Made by a program: the position numbers and the translations under genes
Assembly (NCBI GenBank): GCA_951406725.2
Contig: OX597819.1
Span: 134,292,001-134,356,000, forward strand
Length of the DNA stretch: 64,000 bases
Source of the DNA: Octopus vulgaris
Taxonomy: Eukaryota
Direction: 5' to 3'
The notes under the pieces: generated by a model
The model's database searches: none
What the model was told of the DNA's origin: nothing
Seen by the model: only the letters and a program-made list of their open reading frames with translations
Part shown: in pieces, positions 40,385-53,174 of the stretch
Layout of the letters: each line of letters starts with the position of its first letter
Numbering within the stretch: the first letter of the stretch is position 1

Positions 40385-40810
40385 GGGCATGACTGGAAGG
40401 ATAGAAAGTTTCCTCCCCAAGCCACATGGCTTTAGGGTATAGACCCAAGGGTGACACCTTGGGCATGTTGTCTTCTACTATAGCTCTGGGCCAGGCAAAG
40501 CCTTTTGAGTGAATTTAAGAAATAGAAACTTAAAGAAGCCTCGTGTGTGTGTGTGTGTGTATCTCCTTGTTCTGACATCAACCGATGGTTATAAATGAGG
40601 ATCACTATTGTACAAGTGGAATTGTTTCCAGTTATCCACAAAAACATGTTCGATCAAAAAGTATTATCTTGCTTAGAAACAGGCAAGTATATGCAACAGG
40701 AAGGACATCAGGCCAAAGAAAACTGGCCACAACAATTTCCGCTTGTCTCATGCAAACATACAAAAGTGGGCGTCAGAATGATGACAACAATGATGACAAC
40801 AATGATGATA
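40385..40810 (+). mobile_element. tRNA-derived SINE family B, near full length
   Basis: gacaccttgggcatgttgtcttctactatagc (CORE-like), (TG)n, caggaaggacatcaggcc tail motif, (GAT/CAA)n end. Confidence 0.75.
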
Positions 40811-41703
40811 CAATAGCGTTCTAGGAACAAACAAAACTATAAGAAATTAAGCAGGACAGTCGTTGGCAGAAAAGAGATGAGAATGTAGAGAATTAAACTG
40901 CAAGGTGTGATATCCTTCCATTATTGAACTGAAGATGTCCCAACAAATGTGAAACCAGTTCAACAACAGGGAATTGGATTGTCTTTTAAGGAATTTCACA
41001 AGGAAATAATTTCTTCAATGCCGTTTGCTAACTGCCATCCTCAAATTAAGACTCAAAAACCTTAATTCATTAAGAAAAAGGTTTCATACAAATTTAATAA
41101 AATTTTTCAAATAGACACTGGATAGAGGAACTAATTAAAATGTCATCAACCAACAGTTGATTAACCTGTTGGCATATATTTGCACAGAGAATATCTAATT
41201 AAAAAGTCGTAACATGTGACATAGATTGTTTTATTATTTTCTACTTGATTGTATGTGATGAGGAGCAACTTCAAAAGCTGCATTGGCAGCTTTTGAAAAG
41301 CCTTCCAGTTATGACCCTGTCATCGAATATTAAAACTCAACATACCAAACAACATTTAGATCCAATCCATAATGAAGATGGTGATGGTCATTATCATCAT
41401 CCCAGCTAGGGATAAATAAAATTTCTACTGAATAAAGAATTTGCATTAAAATCAAAAATTGGAGTTTCTTGAAATTTAGCAAAATGAAGTCTCTTAATTT
41501 ATCAAGAAATTATGTAAATTAGTATAAATTCTATAAGTACATTCATACATCGAATATTGCACCATATTATTGGTTAGTGGATAGCATTTGATAAAATAGA
41601 TCAATGCTAACTTTCTATTTCTTGTGTTACCAGACATCAAAAGTGAAAAAACAGGTTCTTGTTACTGGAATAAAAATGGTAACGAACAGGGAAGTCGTAT
41701 TCT

Positions 41704-41910
41704 TTAAACGTTTAGCATTCAGATTATTCTGTCAAATGGAATACTTATTTATTCATATTGCTTTGAATTAATCCTGCATTCAAGATTTCAATGATGTGAA
41801 ACCTTATATAGTTTTAGGACGACGTTAAAAGGTGGGTGTGAGGAGCTTTAAACACAAAACAGGGAGAATATTTGGGTTGGATGGGACCAGTTTAAATGCT
41901 GAAGGGTCAA
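41704..41910. mobile_element. TTAA-type (piggyBac-like) MITE
   Basis: TTAAACGTTTAGCATT ... AATGCTGAAGGGTCAA, imperfect inverted termini. Confidence 0.6.
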
Positions 41911-41954
41911 AGAGCAAAACAAATATGGTGAGAGGAGTCTGTATTCGAAGTTTG

Positions 41955-42105
41955 GGGATTTCTAATTAACAGTAATAAATGTGATGATGGTGAAAATCAC
42001 GGTGGTGATGCTTGTGGAATTTGAAATGAGAACATAAAAATAGACGAAATGCCACTAAAACATTTTTACCCAGTGTTCTAATGATTCTGCCAGCTGGCCA
42101 CCTTA
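41955..42105 (-). mobile_element. SINE family A head fragment
   Basis: ggaatttgaa...gaacataaaaatagacgaaatgcc...attctgccagctggccacc. Confidence 0.65.
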
Positions 42106-42624
42106 GCAAAAGAAATATTGAAAGATGGAATCTGATGAAGAACTCAATAGTATTTTGGTTAATAAAGGAAGCCAAGTGTTAAGTGGGATAAAGTGATGAA
42201 AGTACAGGGAGTTGGAACAGGAGAAAATAGTGGGAATTTGGCCTATCATAATAATTGATAGAAAGCATTTAAGATTCAATGAAAAGCTGGGCAGTTATCC
42301 ACTCATGGAAGGGTTACTGGACTAAATGTGAAACACTATAACAAAGAAACTATTATCACAGTTATTAGAGATAATTAATTAATTTAATTAATGTATTAAT
42401 CTTTGTTTTGTCTGTCTCCATCAATCAAAAAACACAAGCTCAGACATTTTTTACAACAATTTCTGCTTCTGACCTTTGAATATTTTTTTATAACTCAACA
42501 GGAAAATTTATTCCAGAAATTATTGTTATGTTATACAATACTGTAAAAATCAATTAAGTACTTAAATATACCTCATTAATTATTATTAAATAATTAGCAT
42601 GAGTTATGTTTTGTTTTAGTGAAA

Positions 42625-42745
42625 CTAGGAGCTAGCAGAGGATGATCTCTGCATCATGGCATTCATTTTGGCTGTCTGTCCTATGAGTTCAAACCCCACC
42701 AAAATCAACTACACTCTTTTCACCCTTTCAGGATCAATAGGGTAC
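42625..42745 (+). mobile_element. SINE family A head fragment
   Basis: gagctagcaga...gagttcaaaccccacc...tttcaccctttcaggatcaata. Confidence 0.55.
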
Positions 42746-44219
42746 TCCTCCAGGATAAAGGTTTTTTTTTTAGAAATCACTGGACTAAATGCCTTAGGTT
42801 GTCCTGTGTTTAATTCCCACCTACTGAGCTGATCCCCTGATCATGGGACCATTCCATCTAAACCACAAGTCAACCTACAGCACACTTTGATGTCTCTATC
42901 CAGCATTGCTGACTCATTTTAGCTGAAAAGAATAAAACATTCTGGAAGCATTGTCCCTATGAGTCTAGAAATACAAAAATGGCACCCACAATGCTTTCTT
43001 TTCTATATTGTGCCATTTGCACAAAACAACATTTCTTCCACAAAAACCACACCATTTTTTAATGTTGTCATATTGTCTTTCTTCCCTTAAAAGAAAATCT
43101 ATGGAAAACAAGCCATTCAAAGATGTCTCACAAGAATGGAAGAAGAGAATCCTAGAAAATGTATAAATTCCTTAAAAGATATAAATGAGGCATGGAAAGC
43201 AAAAGAAACACATATTGATTCCTAAATCATAGATTTCTTTCCTCTTTCAGCTTATATTCTTGCTATTTTGCATAAAAGGTAGGTTGCTTCTTTTATGGCC
43301 ATCCAAAAACTTTGACAAAATTTGGTTTGGCATTTTCTGTTCAGATCTAAGACTGTTGAGCTCCATCTATAAGAAAATATTACAATGTAGGAAAGAATGT
43401 CACATTGCAGTTTGGAAAAATACTTCAACACAGACTTGTGCTTACCATAAATACTTCATTATCATTATAATCATCATCGTTAGTGTTATGTCCAATTTCT
43501 CATTGTTATTCAATTGGTTTTTAATTCAATGGTTTTCCACCCAATATTGATCCTGTATCACCTCAATAGATTCCAATGTTTATAAATCAAATTGCTTCTG
43601 CACGAGTTCCCTTATCAGACTTGAAACTGATAAAAGCAGATATCACATTTAGCTGTTGGCCAACAACGGACCCATTTCCTGGTTACTTGATCCTCTGGGA
43701 AATAACAACCAGCTTCCCCTCAGTTTGTACCCTACCATCTAACAAAAGGAGGGTCACATGAATAATATACTCTTAGATGCAGTTTACCATGGAAAAGATG
43801 AGAGGGTCACAACTGGAAGGCTTTTCATTATAGTCCTGCTCAAACAGAAGCAACATATTCAGTTTCCATATATTTAGAATTGATCTCATTAATTTTGATA
43901 ATTCTCAGCTCATTTCTCACTAATCACTTTGTGCTGTGGATGATGAATATAATACCAACAATCAAAAGTTTGTGGGGGATTAATATAGCCCTGACATAGG
44001 TACAGGCTGCAGCTACCCATCAAGCCTGGCCAATTTTTATAGTTGTTACCTACCTCCCTTCCCTGCTCACTCCTCCATATACTCTTGCAAACGCCCACCC
44101 ACCCAGTCTCCTCTCCCACCAATCATTCTTACTCACCTTCCACCATGAGGGAGACACCTTATCACCCCTATTTATCTCTTTGTAGCTCCCCCTGATCTTT
44201 CTCAGCCTCCCTTCTAAAT

Positions 44220-44540
44220 GTGAGTAGCCATGTAGCTCATCTACAACAAGAACCTGCTCCTGCCCACTGTTCTTATACTTTAACCCCATAACTCCAGGCA
44301 TAAACCCAACCCATTTCCACGGGGTCTGATGAACCTTCTGATGAACTCACCAGTGCTGGTGGCATGAAAAAAAAAGGCACTGGGTAGATGCTGTTGTTGG
44401 TGTCAGGAAGGGTATCCAGCCATAGAAACCATACCAAAGAAGACACTGGAGCTCAACGTGCTCCTTGGACCCATTGAATCCTGTGAAATCACCCAACCCA
44501 AATCAGAATGCAACACGGACATTAACAAATGATGAAGAGG
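44220..44540 (+). mobile_element. Retroposon 3' segment plus shared tail
   Basis: gtagccatgtagctc...atactttaacccc...gttggtgtcaggaagggtatccagccatagaaacc. Confidence 0.7.
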
Positions 44541-44914
44541 TATCCCCCAAGGTGATGTGGACTAAGATTCTTTACCAATAAAAATGAATTCAATAAGAAT
44601 GTTCTGTGGTTTCATTTTATTCGAGTTGCTTCAAGTAATTCCAAGATTATTACTCACTCAAAACATCCCTCACAGCAGCAGATAGAATTTCTCAACTCTG
44701 CACTCAGTCTTCATGTTTAACATTACAAACTTCCTACCATCAAAACCTTTTCATTAAAATAAAACTGTGGCATTCCTTAAACAGTTCTATTAACCAAATT
44801 TCTCAAAATCATTTATTAATCTTTAATCTACCCTAATTATGAAGGTTTTGTTTTAAAACTAAATATATAACTTCATTCTATAAAGGAAATGTGTCTACTA
44901 AACTATTTAGCTAC

Positions 44915-46404
44915 ATACCTGCTTCTCAAACGTGGCAGGCACTTCCTTTTACACCAGCTTTCTATTTTCTTCCAGTACTGTCTCAACAATGGTGCTACTC
45001 CGGAGCAGTGGAAAACTGCCAGTGTCATTCCTCTGTTCAAAAAGGGTGACCGCACATCACCTGTCAACTATCGCCCAGTCAGTCTCACTAGCTGTATTGC
45101 AAAACTGATGGAATCATGTGTCAGAGAAACACTCTGGAACTTCTGGAGCTCTCACAGTCTCATCCGACCCTCACAATATGGATTTGTCCCTAACTCCAGC
45201 TGCAGTGACCAGCTTGTCGAGTTCCTTGAGGACATTACTCAGATCACTGACAGTGGCTCATGGGTGGATGTTGTCTACCTTGACTTTGCTAAGGCTTTCA
45301 ACTCTGTGTCACACAAAAGGCTTATGGTGAAACTCTCTGCAATGGGTGTGGGGGATGACCTTTTTAACTGGTTGAAATCCTTCATCCTCAGCCGAAAGGA
45401 GGTAGTCACAGTTCTAGGACAGCACTCTACACCATATGAGATGTCATCGGGTGTACCACAGGGATCTGTCCTTGGTCCCCTCCTGTTTGTGGCATACATT
45501 AATGACATAGATGCCAATTTAAAGAATGCCACAGTATTGAAATATGCAGACGACATCAAGCTGTACCTTGAAATCAAGAGGACAGATCCTGATGTCTACA
45601 ACTCTTTCCTGCAATCAGACCTAGACATAATGCAGCAATGGATCACAGACTGGCAACTGAAACTGGCTGTGGACAAGTGTACCACCATGCATTTTGGGAG
45701 AAAAAACCCTGCGTCCACATACTCCCTCCACAACACTGATATCAAGAAATCCTCTTGCGAGCGTGACCTAGGCATCACTGTCAGCAGTGATTTGCGTTGG
45801 ACAAAGCATATCTCTAAAATTGTCAAGAAGGCCGAGGGTGTCTTGGCATCACTCAGCAAGACTTTTGTTAGCCGCTCTCCAGCCATCTATTTAAAACTGT
45901 ATACAGCTATGGTACGACCACACTTGGAATTCGCATCATCAGTTTGGAATCCCTATCTTGCTCAGAACATTGACCTCCTGGAATCTGTCCAGAGACGTGC
46001 AACCAAACGCATACCCTCCATCAGACACCTACCATATTCTGAGCGCCTTGTTTCCCTGGGCATGGATTCACTGAAGCTCCGGCGTCTGGCGACGGACTTG
46101 GTAAACACCCACAAGGTTATCAACCACCTCACCAACAACAACACTGAACACCTTTTTGATCTCCATGTGTCTAACACACGTGGACATGCCTACAAAGTCA
46201 GAAAACAGCACAGCTCCCATGACTTTCGGAAACATTTTTTCACGCTCAGGGTTGCTGAAGCGTGGAATAAACTGCCTGCATCAGTTGTTGACTGCCATGA
46301 CACTGCATCCTTTAAGGCCCTCATGCTTCCCGAAATCCGTCGAAACTACACCTGATTATATATACACTTTAGATGAGTTGTAGTGCACCTGAGCACTGTA
46401 CACA

Positions 46405-46436
<32 letters not shown>
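44915..46436 (+). mobile_element. 5'-truncated CR1-type LINE with uninterrupted RT frame
   Basis: ORF to 46355 has NYRPVSLTS, QYGF, YLDFAKAF, GVPQGSVLGP, YADD, ERDLG, VRPHLEF and WNKLP. Short 3' UTR with AGTGC-ACCTGA-GCACT hairpin and (ATT)n tail; no endonuclease domain. Confidence 0.95.
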
Positions 46437-46437
<1 letters not shown>

Positions 46438-47575
46438 AATGAATGATGTCAGTGTATTTAATCCACAGCTAGAAAACTCCAGTCTTAGCAAACTAAATTT
46501 CTTCAACTGTTGCAGACATCTCATAAATAAAACTAAAAATAATTTAAACATCACGCATCTCCCTCTTTCTCTGCAGGTCTCCTAAAACAATTCAATAATT
46601 ATTTTTTCAATTTTTAAAAATCAAATATGGAAAAGAAAATAAGTTGATTAATATAAAGCATTACATTTCATATATGTCATAGGATTTTGTAATTAACCTC
46701 CTAAGAACGTAAAAACATCAAAAAAGAGGGTTAAAACTTCATAAGAGTAATAAAATTGATACAAACTTAATCTTTTAGGATTTGTATGAAATGAATAATA
46801 GAGATGCCTTTTAGTTTAAGTACAAACTACCACACTGCCATGGTAAAAGTTTAAAATCATTCAACATTATAGAATGTTTGTTAAACCATCAGAATTTTTT
46901 TTTAAATCTTCAGAAATGCTCAATTTAAAAGTGTTCTGCAATATTTTTGTTCATATTCAGCTATGGTGCCATACCAGTTAATTCAGCTATGGTGCCACAC
47001 CAGTTAATTATTGATAATTCCTTTCAATTATTTTTTTTTTTTTTTACAGACATAAATGGAATGATTTAAGTGCAACAAAGATTCTAAACAATAAATCGTG
47101 AATTCAAGCTTGAAATCTTATTTTCAAGAGCGAATACAATAAAGCTATTACATCAACTTTCAATTAAAAGTTTAAAAACAAATTCATTAAAGCCAGTGAC
47201 AGCAGCACAAAAACTCCTGACCCCTTACAATGAGCAGACTCCAAATGGCTAATGAATACAACAGGAAAAGGAAATTTCAGAGATAAGAATAACTTTCTAC
47301 TTAAGTATATTGAACAGTGGTAACAATCCAAGTAAGTAGAGTAAAATATATTAAGAAACTAATATCATTTATGGATTAACACAAATAACTTTTAACATCT
47401 ACAATATACCTTTTAATTTAATATCAGTTTATAATTAGCATGTCCTTTTAACAACAATTATTCTTTTAACTAATACAGGGTTTTAGTCCTGATTATAATA
47501 AGCTCAATAAGTTAATTAACAATTTTTAGCTCATAATACTTAAATTATTATACATTTTCTATTAATATTTGCTAT

Positions 47576-50500
47576 TGAAGTTAACATGAGTAAAAGCAGC
47601 AGCAAAGTACAAAGAAAAGAGAATTGGGGCAAGGATGTCACCCTGCTTGAAACCATTCTCTACTTGAATGGGTCCCGCCATGGCACCACCAACCTCCCAA
47701 GCCTCCATCCCATCATGAAATGATTTAATTATAGATACAAAGTGATCCGGACATCCAAGTTTGCCAAGTATTTTCCATAGAAAGGCCCTATTTACAGTAT
47801 CAAAGGCCTTAGTTAAATCAATGAATACCTGGACAAGATCCATATTCTGCTCATAGCACTTCTCCTGCATCTGTCTTGCTGTGAAAATTATATCCATTGT
47901 CCCTCTACCAGATCGGAAGCCACATTGAGATTCAGATAGGACATCATTTACGAGACACCCATTCAGACGGGTAAGAAGAATATTTGCCAGAACCTTGCCA
48001 GCAGCTGATAGTAGAGCAATACCTCTGTAGTTACCACACATTGTTCTGGCTCCTTTTCCTTTATATAGAGGAAGAATAATTGCATCCTTCCAGTCCTTAG
48101 GGATTGCACCATCCCTCCAGACTGCACTAATACGTTCATGAAGGGACTGTGTGATGCAATTACCACCAAATCGCAAGACCTCAGCTCAAATTCCATCCTT
48201 TCCAGGTGCCCTACCAAGATTCAATTTAATTATTGCTTCATCTATTGAGGGCGAGGAGTCTAAGGAGCCAATGATAGGTTTTTGTTTCATAGTATTAATC
48301 ACTGTTTCATCCACAACTGACTCATGGTTTAGGAGTTCAGAGAAATGTTCAATCCAGCGACCTGTGATTTCTGTTGATTTAGTAAACAGAGTGGAAGACT
48401 CCTTGGAAAGCAAAGGAGCTGATGTGGAGCTCTTAGGTCCATAAGCTCGCTTCATAAGATGGTAAAGCTTCTTGCTGTCATTTGCATCAGGAGTAGCCTG
48501 AGCATCACGAGCAAGATCCTCCCACCAAGTGTTCTGCATCTTCCTGAGAGATCACTGCAGTAATGATTTTACACTGTTATAGTGGGCAAGTGCTAGACTT
48601 CGCTGCACAGTAGACAGTTCTCTGTGCAGCAACACATTGTGGGCATGGCGCTTTACCACTAATAGTCGCTGAACCTTAGCATCATTCTCATCAAACCAGT
48701 CTCTGTGTCTGGCAGTAACATACCCCAGTGTTTTGGCTGCACATTGAACAACCTGGTCTCGAAAATCTTCCCATGCTGCAGTAGTTTCAATGCTGGACAA
48801 GCGAGTCTGAAGCTCTTTCCTAACCACATCATATACCTTGTGGACATTTAGACGGCGAGGAATGCTGACTGGTCCTCTTCTCTCTTTCGCCCTAATCACC
48901 ATTCGGAACTTTGCTCGCACCAGACTGTGGTCTGTCCAGCATTCTGATCCATGCAAGGACTTGACATTACAAATGTCATAAATGTCGCGCTTGTGGATGA
49001 TGATATAATCCAGCAAGTGCCAAACTTTGGACCTTGGATGCATCCATGTTGTGGTGTGATCACCTTTGTGCACAAAATGAGTACTTGCAATGTAAAGTCC
49101 ATGTTCTTCGCAAAGCTCCAGTAGCATGAGACCATTGCTATTCATTTTCCCTACTCCAAAACGTCTTAGAGAGTTCCATGTTTGCCAGTCTGTTCCAACT
49201 CTGGCATTAAAATCCCCCAGTAGAATGACTTTATCAGAATTGGGGATTTTTCTAAGTATGGCTCTCAGCTGGGTATAAAAGATTGTTTTATCTTCATCAC
49301 AGCTAGTCAAAGTAGGTACATAGGCACTTATTAGAGTAGCAAACCGCTTACCTTTCAAGTGCCACCGTAGGGTCATTATACGTTCATTTATAGGAACAGG
49401 GAGCTCTTCCAACTTCTTAAGGATATCAGATCGGACTACAAAACCAACACCAGCCTTTCTGTGCTCCTCCTTCTGCCTTCCTTTCCAAAAAAAGGTGTAT
49501 CTACCTCCTACTTCCTCAAGCTGACCATCACCTTCTATACGAGTGCAGCTATATCAATTTTATAATGGTTCAGCTCACGAGCAACAAGTGCAGTGCGTCT
49601 TTCAGGCCTACAATCATTCCTGTTGTCCAACAGAGTGCGCACATTCCAACATGAAATGTTTAAGTTCCATCCAGATTTTATAGATAAAAGACTCATTGTT
49701 TTTCGAGCACAGGGTGGACATCCGTCAGTTGCGCTAAACTGACCAGATATGGAAAGACAGGCAATTTTTGGTTCACCTTTTCTAGAACCTCCCCAGTCTC
49801 CAGGTGAGCAGTGCCCTCTCCAAATGGAGCTGCTCAGACACCCATGCAGCAACTGAATCTTACCGCTGTCTTGGGCAACAAGGAGACGACTTTAATATCT
49901 AGCATGGGCCGCCTACGTGCAGGTCGCTGATTACATGCTTCCAACCCGTCAGGTCTGCATGCTTCACCACCTTCCAATCGCCGCAGGACTTCCGAATAAA
50001 AAAAAAAATTAAAATATATACTAAAAATGAAGAAAATATATACTAAAAATAAGATAAATATATGTAGAATAAAAAAAAAGAGGTCGGCAATGCCTGTGCA
50101 GAGTTTTAGGTCCAATAAGGATTGCACAACACCTCATAGACCCTCTCCACTTTATTGACATTATCCAGAGACAAGCCGGAGCAAGATGTCTGGTGCCAAT
50201 ATGAGTCGTAGGCTCAGAGATGTGGGAGCGCCGTGATCTCTAGCACAAACTAAAGATCCCCAAAATGTCCAATGCCATTCCCTGCATAACTGGTTTTATA
50301 TCAGAGTGACCTTCTCCTAGAGACATGCTTTAACAAAAGCTGAGGGTCGCCTCACTCCCAGTGGTTTTTCAGCATGCCGGACACCACCCCGGAATTTCTG
50401 CGTACCTGTGCTAACATTTATTGGATGGCCGTTGACTCTCAAGAGGTCCTCCACCCTTTGATGGGTTTTTGTTTTTCATCCCGCAGGATGTCCAATAAAC

Positions 50501-50610
50501 ACCCTCCTCACAATGCAAGCTTGGTGGGGTTGCCGGTTTAGTCGCCGACGACCCGACCATGCAACAGGTTGTACTGGGTTACATGTTACCAGTAGTACTC
50601 GAAAGTGACC
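47576..50610 (-). mobile_element. RTE/BovB-like LINE, 5'-complete and 3'-truncated, disrupted ORF
   Basis: ~0.9 kb 5' UTR, then WNVRTLLD...RPERRTALVAREL, ILLGDFNARVG, TDHSLV (APE endonuclease), and GNYRGIALLS, QCGFRSGRGT, FIDLTKAFD, GFKQGDILAP (RT). It stops before YADD and has a few stops and frameshifts. Confidence 0.92.
50533..50610 (-). ncRNA. Degenerate HDV-like self-cleaving ribozyme at RTE 5' end
   Basis: Minus strand order: P1 GGTCAC, J1/2, P2 CCAGT, P3 ACA, L3 ACCTGT, P3' TGC, P1' ATGGTC, GG, P4 GTCG-TCGG-CGA, C-TAA, P2' ACCGG. One mismatch each in P1, P2 and P3. Confidence 0.65.
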
Positions 50611-50639
50611 TGACACATATATACATATATATTATGATA

Positions 50640-51240
50640 TGTAGAAAATTACAAACTGAGACAAGAACGCATAAGAACTTAGAAGACGATACAACAAACA
50701 CAGACAGGACATTGGAAGCCCTCAGTCTTCAGTCAAGAACCGGATCATCGTAGTAATTTCGGCTGATTAATCTTGAGATTACTAGACCCGGCCAGCCCTC
50801 CAGGAGAAACTAAGCAACGAGCATTAGAAAAACTAAGCTAGGAGTGTAGATTTCCTGGAAGAAGGATCGAATGCATACGAACACAAAGACAGCAAAAAGG
50901 ACGGTGCCACACGAATATAAAAAACAAAAAACAATAATGAAATACAAAAACGTGGAATACAAAAACAATAACAGTAAAAACAGCAAGTGTCTTACGACTA
51001 ATAACAGTGCAAACAGGTCTGGCTGGCGTATTTTGGAAAAATTGCCTTAGCGGCAAATTGCCTTAGCGGCGAATTGCCTTAGCGGCGAATTGCCTTAGCG
51101 GCGAACGAGGAACGATGTTATCACGGTGCTGGTCAGAGGCCGAAAGGCAGACTTTGGCCAGCAGTCACGTGACAGAGAAGAGAGAGAAGAAGGAAGAGAG
51201 AGAGAAGAGGGACGAAAGCAACAAGGGGGGAGAATAGAGA
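50640..51240. repeat. Unclassified interspersed repeat, possibly Penelope pLTR-related
   Basis: More GC-rich, CpG-retaining block bounded by (TA)-rich tracts. The minus strand has GGCTG...CAGCC-GAAA and a CTGAAGA motif. Confidence 0.35.
51040..51104. repeat. 16-bp tandem repeat, 4 copies
   Basis: AATTGCCTTAGCGGC(G/A) repeated. Confidence 0.95.
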
Positions 51241-51564
51241 GAAAGAAGGAATTAGAGAGGGTAGAAGGGATGGGTGTCAAAGATTGACCTGTGAGTGCAA
51301 AGAAAGACAAAGAAATGGAAGGGTAGGGGAAGAGTAGACCAAAGAATCAGAGGCAAGAGAAGAAAAAAAGAGGGATGAGTAGAGAGAAAAGAGAGAGAAG
51401 GGGACAGATCAATGTAGAATGCGAAGTAAAAACATGTATATATATATATATATACATACATAGTAAAACTAATAGAAATTAAACTATTAACATATATACA
51501 AACGTGTATATATATATGCATAGTGAAACTATTAAAAGTGAAACTATTATATATCACATCACAA

Positions 51565-51797
51565 CAGAGATGTTAGTGTTTCACTTTTGACACGTGATAC
51601 CAAAGCAGTTTAAGAGATTGCTCCGGGCTCACATTAGGCAAGAAATTGAAAAGTGTTTCGGTGCATGACACTCCATTGACCCTAAGTAAGGCATGTGCAA
51701 AATTTGAATGAAATCAGTTTGGTAGTTCTCAAGTTTTAGTGAGGCACACATACATACAGACAGACACACACACATCCTCAGTTTTATATATGTAGAT
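51565..51797 (-). mobile_element. Non-autonomous Helitron-like 5' end
   Basis: Minus strand A|TCTACATATATAAAACTGAGGATGTGTGTG(TCTG)n...ttcattcaaattttgcaca, typical of Helitron-derived 5' ends with microsatellite. Confidence 0.5.
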
Positions 51798-52187
51798 GTG
51801 TGTGTGTGTGTGTATTATATAAACTAGTGATTGTTTCGTTGGAATCAGGAAATATTTAACCAATGATGCTTTTGTTCAAACAATTCAGGATATAAAATAA
51901 AAGAAAGGCAGAAATGTCTGTTTGGCAATGGTTTGGTCTTTGATCTTAGCTGAAGCCATTCTTTGAACCAGTCTCCCGATTCCTCTGCTTTTTGCCGTTC
52001 ACTCTTTTGGTGTCCTCTTCCTGAGTCCAATGGCAGCCAAGTAGGACATCATATATTAGTTACAAACCATTATTATATATTATCTACCTTATATATTTAA
52101 CTACAAACCATTAAGCAAAATTTATATTTGCATATTATTTCGTGTCCAAATAAATTTTGTGTTTTTTATGAGTACAATACTAGTGTG

Positions 52188-52222
<35 letters not shown>

Positions 52223-52758
52223 GTAGGACATCAGTTATCAACAAAGCTCTGAGGAATGACTACAATGGGATAATAGTGAACATTTCTGGTGTGCATGTGT
52301 GTGTGTGTATATAATTTTATGAATGTTGACTATAGTTACATTATTGCCATTTTTCTGAGTGTCATGATCAATAGTTTTCATATTACAGCATGATTTTAAC
52401 AGCTGTATTCCTGATAATGTTGTGAGGGGAAAGTGTGCTTTGTACTTCTAGTGTCTCATTACACATACCTATATTTATGTGCATTCAGTCAGTCGGTTTG
52501 TCTTCATTTTGCTGTTATAATGACAATATAGAACTATGTCTATTATATGCAATGGATATGAGAAATATTTCTTTATTATTCAAATTTGATTGCTGAGTTA
52601 GAATATGCTATTTCTCAGCAATGCAGGGTTGATATTAATATGTTTATGTAGAATGGAGTGAGATTGACTGTTGGCCTTTCAATATTTAAGTGGTCCACAT
52701 GTACGTACTTTAGTTTCTGTACAAATCTTTATAAATATATCATATTATATATACATGC

Positions 52759-52817
<59 letters not shown>

Positions 52818-52850
52818 CATACATGCAAACATACATATATATATATATAT

Positions 52851-53055
52851 AAAGTTAATCCAAACATGAAAACACAAAGAGAAAACACAACGCGAGGACG
52901 TGGAACAAGTATAGTATTATCAGATGCTCAGGAAAGAAGGAAAGAAGGAGGGTTTAACGTTTTGAGTGGAGCTCTTCGTCAGAAACATAGGAAAAGGAAA
53001 GATCCAAAGAAGGGAAGACGGAGGAAAAAAAAAAATCGACAACGGTACACACGCG
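52851..53055 (-). mobile_element. Penelope pLTR-like repeat with minimal hammerhead core
   Basis: Homologous to 60818-61010; minus strand GTTT-CTGACGA-A-GAG...CTC-AAAAC-GTT-AAAC at 52952-52986. Confidence 0.65.
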
Positions 53056-53116
53056 GTATATATATATACATAGTAAAAATAATAGAAATGAAACTATTAT
53101 ATATCACATCATGTAC

Positions 53117-53166
<50 letters not shown>

Positions 53167-53174
53167 GTATGTAT

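Noticed and set aside
45118-46383. Short ORFs overlapping the CR1 RT
   Set aside because: Alternative-frame or antisense shadows of the RT ORF.
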